From a virus (lineage: Duplodnaviria; Caudoviricetes): a stretch of 64,000 nucleotides of DNA. Every line of letters starts with the position of its first letter. The stretch's first letter is position 1. Location of the stretch: IMG/VR virus record IMGVR_UViG_3300013121_000007, positions 32,001 to 96,000 of that record; one strand, written 5' to 3'. Shown one piece after another: positions 47,923 through 56,610 of the stretch. The notes under the pieces were generated by a model. The model was given only the letters and a program-made list of their open reading frames with translations. It was not told the origin of the DNA and did not search any database. The position numbers were made by a program, and so were the translations under genes.

Positions 47923-48336
47923 TCAGGAAAAGGAACAATCGCACCTGACCCTGCCAGTTGGTGACGTAATCTTTCCACGTCCACACTTTTTGCACAGTGG
48001 ACGAGACTTCTCTTTCTCAATTAGCGCGGCTAGACGCTTCTTCGTCAGCGACCCATTCTCGCTACGACGACAGTTCCAGACCTCAAATCCATGTAATCGA
48101 CCAACGAACAACTTAGCAGACTGCCTGCGAAGACACTCTACGACGTCTGACGTCTTGTACCGGTCAACCCACGGCGAAATGTATTGAGTGCCGAGAACAT
48201 TGTAGAGTGGTCCGCCCGGCCACTTGAGAAGCACAAAATTCTCGTCTACGTACAAACAGATTACCTTGCCGTAGTCTGTTGTCGAACGAGAGATAATGTC
48301 CTCTGCCTCTTCTTTTGTGGGTAGAGCTACTGACAT
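47923..48336 (-). CDS. Hypothetical protein with C-terminal Zn ribbon
   Basis: CKKC...CDC. Confidence 0.55.
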   Translation of the reverse strand: MSVALPTKEEAEDIISRSTTDYGKVICLYVDENFVLLKWPGGPLYNVLGTQYISPWVDRYKTSDVVECLRRQSAKLFVGRLHGFEVWNCRRSENGSLTKKRLAALIEKEKSRPLCKKCGRGKITSPTGRVRCDCSFS

Positions 48337-48380
48337 GAGACTGGACTCACATGGATGGTAGACGCTGCCTGAAGCAGTGC

Positions 48381-48408
48381 AGTATACCGTGACTTAGGCG
48401 CAAGTCAA
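48381..48408 (-). promoter_or_regulatory. TTGACT-N16-TATACT promoter
   Basis: Motif copy. Confidence 0.75.
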
Positions 48409-48427
48409 GCCCATGTTCCGAAACGCA

Positions 48428-48691
48428 CTATCTCAGGTCATGCAACGGCAATGTATCCGGCATCTGCTCATCCCAAGGGATTCTGCCTTCGGAATCAATT
48501 TCCTTCACAAGCTGGGTTTCAAGAGCCGCCAGTTGTCTGTAGCCAGTTTCGGCAATGACGCGGTCGGACCACTGCGCCAACTCTCGGCCAGCGTTCGTGC
48601 CTGTCCTCAATCCAGCCAGAAAGGCACGACGAAGTCGATTGTGCTCCTCTGTCGTCCGGGTCTCAGATTCATTTGATTCCTTCGACATCAT
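48428..48691 (-). CDS. Hypothetical protein
   Basis: 87 aa. Confidence 0.55.
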   Translation of the reverse strand: MMSKESNESETRTTEEHNRLRRAFLAGLRTGTNAGRELAQWSDRVIAETGYRQLAALETQLVKEIDSEGRIPWDEQMPDTLPLHDLR

Positions 48692-48703
48692 CGTACCCCT
48701 GCA

Positions 48704-49204
48704 TCAAGTGTTAGTAGAAGCTCTGGCGTCAGTAGACAGACAGATTGAAATTGGACCAGGGACATACAAGTCAAAATGACTGGTTGGACTGTTCTGGCAC
48801 TTTTCAAGAGCAAAACCAGCTTCCGACTTGATCCGCATGATCGTCGCGCCTGCCGGACTCTGAAGCCATAGAGTATTTCCGGTAGACTCAAACTCCAATA
48901 CTGTGACCGGGATATAAACCCGTCCAGACAGTCCCTCAATTTTGGACACCTCTGAAAGACTACTCAAGAAGTCTTCCTCGTTGTCTTCGTCACCACTTTC
49001 AAGAGCAGCAAGTTCACGCCTCCAAGACTCCAACTTCTGTAGAGTCTCTTGACATGTCTGTAGAGTCTCTTGACATGTTAGCCTAGCAGAGACTACAGCC
49101 AGCCTGCATTTCACTGCAACCACAAAGGATGCAAACACGAATAGTGATAGAAGCAACCAGGGCAAGTTGCGAACCACGATCAAAACAACATCTTGCAGTG
49201 ACAC
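48704..49204 (-). CDS. Membrane-anchored hypothetical protein
   Basis: N-terminal hydrophobic helix; GGAGG SD. Confidence 0.6.
   Translation of the reverse strand: MSLQDVVLIVVRNLPWLLLSLFVFASFVVAVKCRLAVVSARLTCQETLQTCQETLQKLESWRRELAALESGDEDNEEDFLSSLSEVSKIEGLSGRVYIPVTVLEFESTGNTLWLQSPAGATIMRIKSEAGFALEKCQNSPTSHFDLYVPGPISICLSTDARASTNT
49037..49078. repeat. Exact 21-bp in-frame tandem duplication
   Basis: CTGTAGAGTCTCTTGACATGT x2 (TCQETLQ x2). Confidence 0.9.
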
Positions 49205-49239
49205 GGAAAACCTCCGTCAGATGCCCTAGAAGTTACAAA

Positions 49240-49314
49240 TCGGGACGACAGGATTTGAACCTGCGGCCTCCTGCTCCCAAAGCAGGCGCTCTAGCCAAGC
49301 TGAGCTACGTCCCG
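49240..49314 (-). tRNA. tRNA-Pro(UGG)
   Basis: Full cloverleaf; anticodon arm CCTGC-TT-TGG-GA-GCAGG; GGTTCAAATCC; CCA not encoded. Confidence 0.95.
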
Positions 49315-49401
49315 TAAACATGTCACCTGATTGTCACAGACGCTACTCTGTGACAATCGGGGGCCATGCCCGGCCCCCCGTATCTAAGTGAATCCACTCG
49401 G

Positions 49402-49617
49402 ATACCCACGATTGGCGGTTTGCCAGATTTCGTCTGGAACAAACACGGAGTAGCTGGTTGCCAACGCCCTATCCTGTGGCATCAGTGTCGGACCCACACC
49501 AGCATCCGCGGTCTCTAACCCGTATGGCGAAAGATGCAGTAACCCCAAGCTACATTTAGCTGGAATTATCTGATAGGTCGCTGATAGTCGCAGCAACGCC
49601 AAAAACCACACGGGTAC
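49402..49617 (-). ncRNA. Candidate structured RNA between two tRNAs (overlaps a 75-aa ORF)
   Basis: Nested pairings TACCCGTG/CGTGGGTA, TTGGCG/CGCCAA, GTAGCT/AGCTAC, GCATC/GATGC and a GAAA-capped hairpin. Confidence 0.35.
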
Positions 49618-49638
49618 TTCCTCCTATGAATCGGTTAG

Positions 49639-49712
49639 TAACCCCGGCAGGGATCGAACCTGCAACCCCCGACTTAGAAGGTCGGTGCTCTATCCATTTG
49701 AGCTACAGGGTC
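49639..49712 (-). tRNA. tRNA-Arg(UCU)
   Basis: Cloverleaf; anticodon arm CCGAC-CT-TCT-AA-GTCGG; GGTTCGATCC. Confidence 0.93.
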
Positions 49713-49714
49713 TC

Positions 49715-51817
49715 TTATTTACGCTTCCTGTTCTTCCGTCTTGCCCGTCGTTTGATCTTGGACTCTTCTGAGTAAACAGGCTCATCTGTTTTCAGGTCTA
49801 AGTTCCCGGCATGGTACTCTTCAGCCATCAGAAGAGTACCAGCCCACTGCATATACTTGCTCCGCGTTCTTGGGTCTGAGTAGAACTGTCGGAAGTCCCC
49901 CAGCTTGTATGCGTCGACATTGAGTAGACTCTCAACGGGTACACTGATTGAGGTCTTCAGCAAGTCACCGTAACTCTGATTCGACCACCGTTCAACACGT
50001 CGACGATTCCTGTACCAGACGAATTTGGCTTTTCCGGCTCGCACAGATTCGACAACCGCCAGATTTCCAGGACCAGGATTGCCGGGGGGTGCAAACTCTT
50101 TCAGTTCAATCCAGTCTCGTCTGTAGTCATTCTCACGACGGCTGTTTTCTTTGTCCGCTTCCACTTTCAGCCAGAACGCTTGCTGACCGATGGTAACTGA
50201 TCCCTTTCTGATTGTCTTCTGACTATCTCGAAGGTAAGCCTCGTAGTCTGGCGCATCACCATCGTACAAGGTTCGGTCTTTGTCGTAGACTAGTCGAATG
50301 ATGGAATTGAAGCTATCCGGCTCCCACAACTTGGCTGGAGGGTGCGGATGCAGAACAGGACTGCGATCCAGCAACCCCTGAAGCAGCAAGCAGATTCGAT
50401 TGTAGTCACGAATGTCTCGTGAAATCTTCTCAGAGGCTGCGTCGTAGTAGACGCTAGACTGGTCGAATGGTTCGTAGGTGCATCCCCAAGGGTCTGTGTT
50501 TCTACCTGACCATTTATTATGTGGGTTGTATACCCAGCTTTTCTCTGGATTGTCTTTGGTCCACTGTTTGGCGAGGACCACCTCCGCGGCTTCTGCCTCT
50601 TCGTTCTTAGCAATCGTCTCCATACGATCCCTGTACTGCCTGTCTGGAATGATCCCAGAGACTCCACCATCCCGACTGACAGCAATCCAGCATTTGCCTG
50701 TTACGTCAAACTCATGCTTATCCGGGAACAGTTGCCTGCCGAATTCGATCTCAGTATCCAGACGAAAAAGCTGATCGCCGTTACGAATGTAAAGGTACGT
50801 CCACTTGTCACACTCTTCGAGTTGTATGCGAACCAGCAAATCAACAAGGTCACGACAACTCCGCTCCTTTCGGTAACGACGGACGCGAAAAGAAACAAGA
50901 GTCCGCTCGTGCGGTAGAATCTGCTTGTAGTTCTCTGGACGACTCAACCAACGATCGAAGTCTTCAATGCGCTCACAGCAGATGCCGCCGTGCGTGTAAC
51001 CGGCGATGCATTCTTCATCCATGTAGAGGCGGTTCTGCATGACATGCAGAGGTTCGTGGATTGCTGCAGGCTTGCCTTTGCGAACCTGAACCACGTTCTC
51101 CGCCAGACCTGCATACAGACTCACAGAGAAAACCCGATCCTCAATCTGTTGAACATTACGCTTCAAACCCCAAGATTGAGCCTTCACCGGTAAAGTCTTC
51201 AGCAGCATCCAGTCCGCGAGCCGTTGATTGTTGTCCTTGATCTCTTTGAACAGCGTCGGCAGTTCATTTTCCTTCGCCTCGATGAGGGCGCGTTCGTATT
51301 CTTTCACGTCACCAACGTGAAGGCTCAGCGTGTTCATCGCAACTGTGGACTCGTCAGCGTTTTGGCGAGTCAACTTCTGCTGTGAGGCGCAGCCAAGTCG
51401 CTGCATCACCTTCTGAACCTCTTCAAGGTTCTGTTGGACAGCCTCTTCGTAGTAGTTGATCTGCTGCTGCACCACCCTTTCAGGGTTCAACTCTCGACGG
51501 CAGTCTTGGTCGAAGACGTCGAAATGGACGTCGGTTTCCCACTCACAGTCATCGTAGGGAACGCGACCCTTCAGTCTCACGAAGTTTGAGCCGATATGCA
51601 TAACGCATCCCAGCACTTCAACAGCTACCTTCTGGTACTCCCCCAACGAGTTGTTCTCATCATCGTCCGAGTCTTCGCTTTCCAGATTGGGATTGTAGTC
51701 CGGGTTTGGAACCCAGACGTTCTTATGGTCCTTGAACCAGTACCACTGACCAATTTCAATCGGTTCTTCCGCGTCTTGGAAGGCCTCGACTTGACGGGTT
51801 TCAATGATTTTGGTCAT
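49715..51817 (-). CDS. Large hypothetical protein with coiled coil
   Basis: 700-aa ORF; no catalytic motif recognised. Confidence 0.8.
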   Translation of the reverse strand: MTKIIETRQVEAFQDAEEPIEIGQWYWFKDHKNVWVPNPDYNPNLESEDSDDDENNSLGEYQKVAVEVLGCVMHIGSNFVRLKGRVPYDDCEWETDVHFDVFDQDCRRELNPERVVQQQINYYEEAVQQNLEEVQKVMQRLGCASQQKLTRQNADESTVAMNTLSLHVGDVKEYERALIEAKENELPTLFKEIKDNNQRLADWMLLKTLPVKAQSWGLKRNVQQIEDRVFSVSLYAGLAENVVQVRKGKPAAIHEPLHVMQNRLYMDEECIAGYTHGGICCERIEDFDRWLSRPENYKQILPHERTLVSFRVRRYRKERSCRDLVDLLVRIQLEECDKWTYLYIRNGDQLFRLDTEIEFGRQLFPDKHEFDVTGKCWIAVSRDGGVSGIIPDRQYRDRMETIAKNEEAEAAEVVLAKQWTKDNPEKSWVYNPHNKWSGRNTDPWGCTYEPFDQSSVYYDAASEKISRDIRDYNRICLLLQGLLDRSPVLHPHPPAKLWEPDSFNSIIRLVYDKDRTLYDGDAPDYEAYLRDSQKTIRKGSVTIGQQAFWLKVEADKENSRRENDYRRDWIELKEFAPPGNPGPGNLAVVESVRAGKAKFVWYRNRRRVERWSNQSYGDLLKTSISVPVESLLNVDAYKLGDFRQFYSDPRTRSKYMQWAGTLLMAEEYHAGNLDLKTDEPVYSEESKIKRRARRKNRKRK

Positions 51818-51838
51818 GGCAGTCAGCCAGAAAAGAAA

Positions 51839-51953
51839 GTGAGGGGCAGTAGCTCACGGACAACCTCGCTGCAACACGCACACTAGTAATGCGCTGGTAG
51901 TTTGGTTCGGAATGACCCCCAGGTCGCTGTGCCCAGAAAGTCCTGCCCCTCAC
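51839..51953 (-). ncRNA. Candidate 115-nt structured RNA
   Basis: Perfect 11-bp terminal helix GTGAGGGGCAG/CTGCCCCTCAC, internal stems, U tract after. Confidence 0.4.
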
Positions 51954-51965
51954 GTTCTCGAATAG

Positions 51966-52157
51966 TCACCGTTTTCCGTAGTTGATGCGAATCCCGTCCC
52001 AACCGTTGATACCCTCACAGGCGTGAAACAGGACAACCTCAAAGCCAGCCCGACGAAGGTCTTTGGGCATTCTCCGCTCGCCGTACAGACGGGCCTGCTT
52101 TTCAGTCAGGCGCTTGGGCAGCGTCTGCTGTCCGATCTTGATGGTATGCTGTTTCAT
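51966..52157 (-). CDS. Hypothetical protein
   Basis: 63 aa; operon packing. Confidence 0.6.
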   Translation of the reverse strand: MKQHTIKIGQQTLPKRLTEKQARLYGERRMPKDLRRAGFEVVLFHACEGINGWDGIRINYGKR

Positions 52158-52168
52158 CGAGTTGCTTT

Positions 52169-52351
52169 CTAGTCATCTACGCATTCCAGGATACTTTCGA
52201 GAACACTGCATTCAGCGCCATTCGACCCGCTAAGAACCGCATCCTCTGCGAGAATTGCAGCATACTCTTCGGAACCTGCACGGACCCTCACACTAACTTC
52301 CACCTTGAACGTGTACGTCTTCTCTTTCGGTTCTTTGATTTTCTTGCTCAT
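52169..52351 (-). CDS. Hypothetical protein
   Basis: 60 aa; GAGG SD. Confidence 0.6.
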   Translation of the reverse strand: MSKKIKEPKEKTYTFKVEVSVRVRAGSEEYAAILAEDAVLSGSNGAECSVLESILECVDD

Positions 52352-52362
52352 GACCTCTTCAG

Positions 52363-52533
52363 TGACCTCGGCTGGACTCGAACCAGCACCCTTGTACTTC
52401 GGGGTTTTTCGTCGTACCTTTCGATTCTCGCGTGGACCGCCTTTTACGGCGTATGCACCCTGACCGGCCTTGAACCGGTTACGGACACACTACTCAGCAC
52501 AGACTAAGCGTCTGCCAATTTCGCCACGAGGTC
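52363..52533 (-). ncRNA. tRNA-like RNA (Leu-type D arm) with anticodon arm replaced by a ~100-nt domain
   Basis: Acceptor GACCTCG/CGAGGTC+A; D arm TGGCGAAATTGGCAGACGC; T arm GCTGG-TTCGAGT-CCAGC; 171 nt. Confidence 0.75.
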
Positions 52534-52540
52534 TACCATC

Positions 52541-52568
52541 AGTATAGCTTGACTCAAGCGTGAGTCAA
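52541..52568 (-). promoter_or_regulatory. TTGACT-N16-TATACT promoter driving the tRNA-like RNA
   Basis: Palindrome CTTGACTCA-agcg-TGAGTCAAG; predicted +1 at about 52534. Confidence 0.8.
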
Positions 52569-52843
52569 GACAATCGACAACGGGGGACGAAGCCGTCACA
52601 AAGCTCGCCAGTTTCACGATCAATGTGATTGACGAAGCCCAGAACGTCGTGGAGAAAGTCTTCCTCCGGAAACTCAGCCAGTCCCTTGAAATTCAAGGGA
52701 CACTGACTGTGCAGCGCCGCAAGGTCCATCTCAACCAGCAAACGATCCCCGCTGTAGAGATCGTTGCAATCAGTCAAGATACGTTCAACGCATCGCTGGT
52801 AGTCGTCCTTCTGTTCTTCGGTCAGCGTCGGCCACTGAATCAT
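52565..52843 (-). CDS. Hypothetical protein
   Basis: MDL...PL...DFLHDV-G...HIDRETG-L-DGFVPR, a pattern seen in small phage proteins. Confidence 0.7.
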   Translation of the reverse strand: MIQWPTLTEEQKDDYQRCVERILTDCNDLYSGDRLLVEMDLAALHSQCPLNFKGLAEFPEEDFLHDVLGFVNHIDRETGELCDGFVPRCRLS

Positions 52844-52925
52844 GGTTCTGGTCTTTCAAGATTGATGGGTCAGTGGACCAGCAGCAGAGGTGCAGCCTGC
52901 TACTGCTGGTCCACTGAGAGAACTG

Positions 52926-53195
52926 CTATCGACGGCGAGCCGCAGACTTGCGCTTCGGAACGCTATGGGCGGGACCGGGGATCGAAAGCAAGTCTGCGGG
53001 TGCGTCGATGACGTCACCCCGCAGAATGGCGATGCGCTCCTGCAGACGCCTCTGCCCGGCTTCCTCGAATCCGTCCATGTAGGCGTCGACAGCTTCGGAG
53101 CCGTGCTGACTCCCAACCGACCGCGCTTCGGCGAGTTGTTGGTCGAGACTCAGACCACCGAACAGATTCGAGAGGAACTTGGAAAACCGCAACAT
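52926..53195 (-). CDS. Hypothetical protein
   Basis: AGGAGGT SD. Confidence 0.65.
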   Translation of the reverse strand: MLRFSKFLSNLFGGLSLDQQLAEARSVGSQHGSEAVDAYMDGFEEAGQRRLQERIAILRGDVIDAPADLLSIPGPAHSVPKRKSAARRR

Positions 53196-53248
53196 GGAAC
53201 ACCTCCTGAGGTTGTTAGCTGCAGGCAGACCCCCTGCCTGCCGACTGG

Positions 53249-53404
53249 TTACTCAACACTGATGCGGGCGGATCGAATCTGGAAGTTGTAGACGTCTTCA
53301 GCAGACAGAATCCGCTCCCGCAAGTTGACAGCTTCGTACTCGGTCAAGTTACAGTAGAGAGACTTGCTGCCAGATTTCCTGGTGACTGTAAGACGGTACA
53401 GCAT
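53249..53404 (-). CDS. 51-aa hypothetical protein
   Basis: Below track cutoff; MLYRLTVTRKSGSKSLYCNLTEYEAVNLRERILS...; AGGA SD; hairpin at 53221-53241 follows. Confidence 0.55.
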   Translation of the reverse strand: MLYRLTVTRKSGSKSLYCNLTEYEAVNLRERILSAEDVYNFQIRSARISVE

Positions 53405-53506
53405 TTTGATTCCTGTCGATTGATCCTACACCCGCGACAGATAGGACTACGGAAGACAGAGATGCTGGGTTCAACGAAAGTCAGAAGATTCTGGAAGTCA
53501 ATCAAG

Positions 53507-54103
53507 TCATGCGTACCAACTGGAGTAGTGCTCCGAATCGTCGGAACACGCAGTCAAGTGACAGTGCTCATGCAGCTTGACGCCGTAAGCGCCAAGCGAG
53601 CAGATGATTTCAGGGCCGCAGAACTCGTCCCGCAGTGGTCGGACCATCTCAGCCATTGGTCCTGTCGATCGAACAGTCTCCGCCTTCACGGGACGAATGG
53701 CGACTCGATTTTTTGCTGGTTTGCCGACGATCTGGTAGAGTTCGCAGTTCGTCTGGTCGTAACCCCACGATCCGTGAAGCATCTGACCGACAAGGTAGGT
53801 CTCGCGAACCTTCGCAGTTGCTTCCTTCTGCGCAACCTTACGCCTCTCCCGGAACTCTTCCGTCGCACGATCGTTGTCGATACTCCGCTGGACTTCAGCG
53901 TCGACGCGGTCGTCTTTGAGGAGGTAGTTGTAGAACGGTTTGGACTGCTTCCCACGCCAGATACGAACGTGTTTGTAGCCCGGCCGTGACGGGTAGTCCA
54001 CCACGACGATTTTCAGGTTTCCGACCTGTTGCACCTGACCCGCGGCCTCGAACTCTTCAAGCTCGTGGCGAGCCATCTGGTTGAGCATTGAACTGACAGA
54101 CAT
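53507..54103 (-). CDS. Hypothetical protein
   Basis: SWGYDQTN-x-x-YQIV...SSWYA pattern. Confidence 0.75.
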   Translation of the reverse strand: MSVSSMLNQMARHELEEFEAAGQVQQVGNLKIVVVDYPSRPGYKHVRIWRGKQSKPFYNYLLKDDRVDAEVQRSIDNDRATEEFRERRKVAQKEATAKVRETYLVGQMLHGSWGYDQTNCELYQIVGKPAKNRVAIRPVKAETVRSTGPMAEMVRPLRDEFCGPEIICSLGAYGVKLHEHCHLTACSDDSEHYSSWYA

Positions 54104-54156
54104 GGAATCGACCTGTTGAATGGGTTGTTTCAGGGGTTCAGTTCCCCAACAACCGG

Positions 54157-54184
54157 ACTATAGCAGGTTCTTTCCGTGAGTCAA
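54157..54184 (-). promoter_or_regulatory. TTGACT-N16-TATAGT promoter
   Basis: Motif copy with an extra upstream TGACTCA. Confidence 0.75.
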
Positions 54185-54212
54185 GCACAACTCACGCATG
54201 AGTCACGATTTT

Positions 54213-54722
54213 TCAAGAATGGTCAGTTTCAGCGGGAGAATCAGGCCTCAGACTCTGGTAGTACCACGATTGCAGGAACAGAAATCGTTCCCAACGCGAG
54301 TCGGAGTCTCGATTCATGCACCAGAGCCAGAGCAGCCGTCCAACCCTGCCGTTGCCGTCCATGAAGGGGTGTAGGCGCTCAAATTCTCGGTGTGCCTCGA
54401 ATGCTGACAGGCTGCCAGAGTTCACCCGCTGACAGATACCTTGCAGCGCCTTAGAAACCGCACGACCGCCGGGTAGGGGGTTGTAGACCTCCGTATTGCT
54501 GAGACGAATGTAGACGTTCAAGCCCCTCTTCGACCTGAGTACGCTGTTGTCTCCAGCGAAGATTCGGCAGATTCTTTCTAACTCGCTGACAGTCACCTTG
54601 CTCCTCTGCAAGAACTCGTTGTGCAGTCCAGCTAAGGCCAGCGCCTCAGCACGATGCAGATGGATGCCCTCAATGCGCCAAGATTCCAACACAAAATCGG
54701 TCAGATGATTGAATGTGTCCAC
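54213..54722 (-). CDS. Fic domain protein
   Basis: HPFMDGNGRVGR canonical motif; N-terminal ESWRIEG. Confidence 0.92.
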   Translation of the reverse strand: MDTFNHLTDFVLESWRIEGIHLHRAEALALAGLHNEFLQRSKVTVSELERICRIFAGDNSVLRSKRGLNVYIRLSNTEVYNPLPGGRAVSKALQGICQRVNSGSLSAFEAHREFERLHPFMDGNGRVGRLLWLWCMNRDSDSRWERFLFLQSWYYQSLRPDSPAETDHS

Positions 54723-54770
54723 CGTATCGTCTTACTCTAAAGCTGAGTGACAGAGACCAGTCTGATGCAC

Positions 54771-55070
54771 CTAACCCACTGGCTGCAAAGAGTCTTCATT
54801 CTCAAAAGCAAATGCATCCACGTCTTCTGGGATCATAGCCTTCTCCGACAACTCCTGGGGTTCACCCAGACGATCGGCTAGGACAACAAACTCTCCACAT
54901 TTCGGCTCTTCATCAAGTTTGTACCCGAAGAATTGCATGGAGTATTGCTCAACGGACTGTCGGTTGTAGACAGTCATTTTGCCATTGTGGAATACCAGCA
55001 GCCACAAGGCAGAACAAGGAAGCCTCACACCATCATGCGGGCCTTGAATCAGCGTCACTTCCTTGACCAT
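54771..55070 (-). CDS. Small GPxDG protein
   Basis: LIQGPHDG; AGGAG SD. Confidence 0.6.
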   Translation of the reverse strand: MVKEVTLIQGPHDGVRLPCSALWLLVFHNGKMTVYNRQSVEQYSMQFFGYKLDEEPKCGEFVVLADRLGEPQELSEKAMIPEDVDAFAFENEDSLQPVG

Positions 55071-55195
55071 CGAAAGCTCTCCTCTTCTGGAGCTTACAGA
55101 GTACCAAAGAGAAGAGCCGGCGAGAACTACAAGTCCCCACCGGCTCTTCGATTGTCGTCGGCAAGTGCGGGCCTACGCTCGCCGCGACAATGTCC

Positions 55196-55223
55196 ATGAT
55201 ACAGGGTAAATAGCTTGAGTCAA
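55196..55223 (-). promoter_or_regulatory. TTGACT-N16-TATCAT promoter
   Basis: Motif copy. Confidence 0.7.
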
Positions 55224-56572
55224 GCCACACTCACGCTATTTTTCTCGAATTCTCTCAAAGCCAAATCGCGGCAGTAGTCCTGAATTTCGGCCCCGGTCAG
55301 ACCAATAGCCTTACAGTGCCGCGTAGCCTGTTCGATCAACTCCGGATAGTCGCACAGAATTCGGGAAGCAAGAAACCGGACGCCCTCCTCTGGCATTCCA
55401 TCGAAATTGATGAGTTTGTCGACTCTCCCCTTGCGGACCATTGCAGTGTCAAGACTATCCGGATGATTTGTAGCCACGACTAGCAGCACACCATCGGACC
55501 TCCTAATGCCATCAATGCAGTTGATGAGGCAGTCAAAAGACAGAGCGCCGTTAGCTGTCACATTCTCCCTACCGTGGAACACTGCATCGTAATCCTCAAT
55601 CAGCGCAATGCACGGCGTACTAGTCAGCATCCGGCTCCATCCTTCAACCAACTCCGAATTGCGGAGCGTTCTCAGATCGAAGTTGAAGATGGGAAGATCG
55701 AAGTCTTCAGCAACGGCTCTAGTGAACGATGTCTTCCCCGTTCCAGGTTTACCCGTCAGACCAAAGCCAGCACGCCAAGGAACATGATGATCCTTGTACC
55801 ACTTCTCAGACTTCAACCACCGTTTGACACCAGAGACAAACTGAGCCGAGTCTCCGGAATTTGCCAACAGACTGATGGAAGACACGTCAGGCGGCAATTC
55901 CCGTCCAACATCCTCAATTGAAAGCCCTACAAGTCTATGGGATGTAGTTCGCCACTGAACTCCATCAGGTAAATGCTGCGATGTATCTTCACTGTCCGGT
56001 ACGACAGGTTGCTGAGTTGAAGAGACGAACTCTCGATCTCCTGTACCTGTCACAATTTTTACGAAGTGCCGTCTAATCTTGCTATCAGCAAACGGATCAA
56101 GACTCTGCCGGGCCTCATTGTATACGTCACACACCTGTTGAATGAACAGGTCTGAATCAATAGTCCACCTTAGATATGTGATGGACAACATACCTGGATG
56201 GTTACTGTCAACCGGCCTAGCTACAGTTCGATTATCAGACTTCTGGCTTTTGACCCAGATGGGTATCCACCCATTCCAGTAGAGCTTAGACTCAGTCGCG
56301 TGCTCCAGCGCAACAAGCTGACAACGACCAACCTTCCGAACAAACACATTCCAGCCCATGTATCGGCGGAAGCCGAATGCTGATGATTTGAATCTCGTGT
56401 TGCAGTAGTGTCCGACTGCTTCAACCAGAGAACCATCCACGATGTAATGAACCACCAGAAAGCTGGCAAGCATCTGGTAGAACCCCTGGATCGTTCGCCA
56501 CGATGAAGCAATCAGCCCGCCGAGGACAGCCAAGCCCCCGACGGGCAGAATGCTCTTCCAGTCCAAGTCCAT
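55220..56572 (-). CDS. AAA+ ATPase, BCS1-like, with N-terminal membrane segment
   Basis: WY...VPWRAG-GKPGTGKTS, LIEDYD, LINCIDG, TNHPDSLD-A-x-R-x-GRVD. Confidence 0.88.
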   Translation of the reverse strand: MDLDWKSILPVGGLAVLGGLIASSWRTIQGFYQMLASFLVVHYIVDGSLVEAVGHYCNTRFKSSAFGFRRYMGWNVFVRKVGRCQLVALEHATESKLYWNGWIPIWVKSQKSDNRTVARPVDSNHPGMLSITYLRWTIDSDLFIQQVCDVYNEARQSLDPFADSKIRRHFVKIVTGTGDREFVSSTQQPVVPDSEDTSQHLPDGVQWRTTSHRLVGLSIEDVGRELPPDVSSISLLANSGDSAQFVSGVKRWLKSEKWYKDHHVPWRAGFGLTGKPGTGKTSFTRAVAEDFDLPIFNFDLRTLRNSELVEGWSRMLTSTPCIALIEDYDAVFHGRENVTANGALSFDCLINCIDGIRRSDGVLLVVATNHPDSLDTAMVRKGRVDKLINFDGMPEEGVRFLASRILCDYPELIEQATRHCKAIGLTGAEIQDYCRDLALREFEKNSVSVA

Positions 56573-56610
56573 AACAAGACCTCAAAGTGGTCAACGACTC
56601 AGACCGGTCA

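Noticed and set aside
52363-52533. tmRNA or group I intron-containing tRNA
   Set aside because: No G3-U70 Ala acceptor, a D stem is present, and the insert is too short with no group I core recognised
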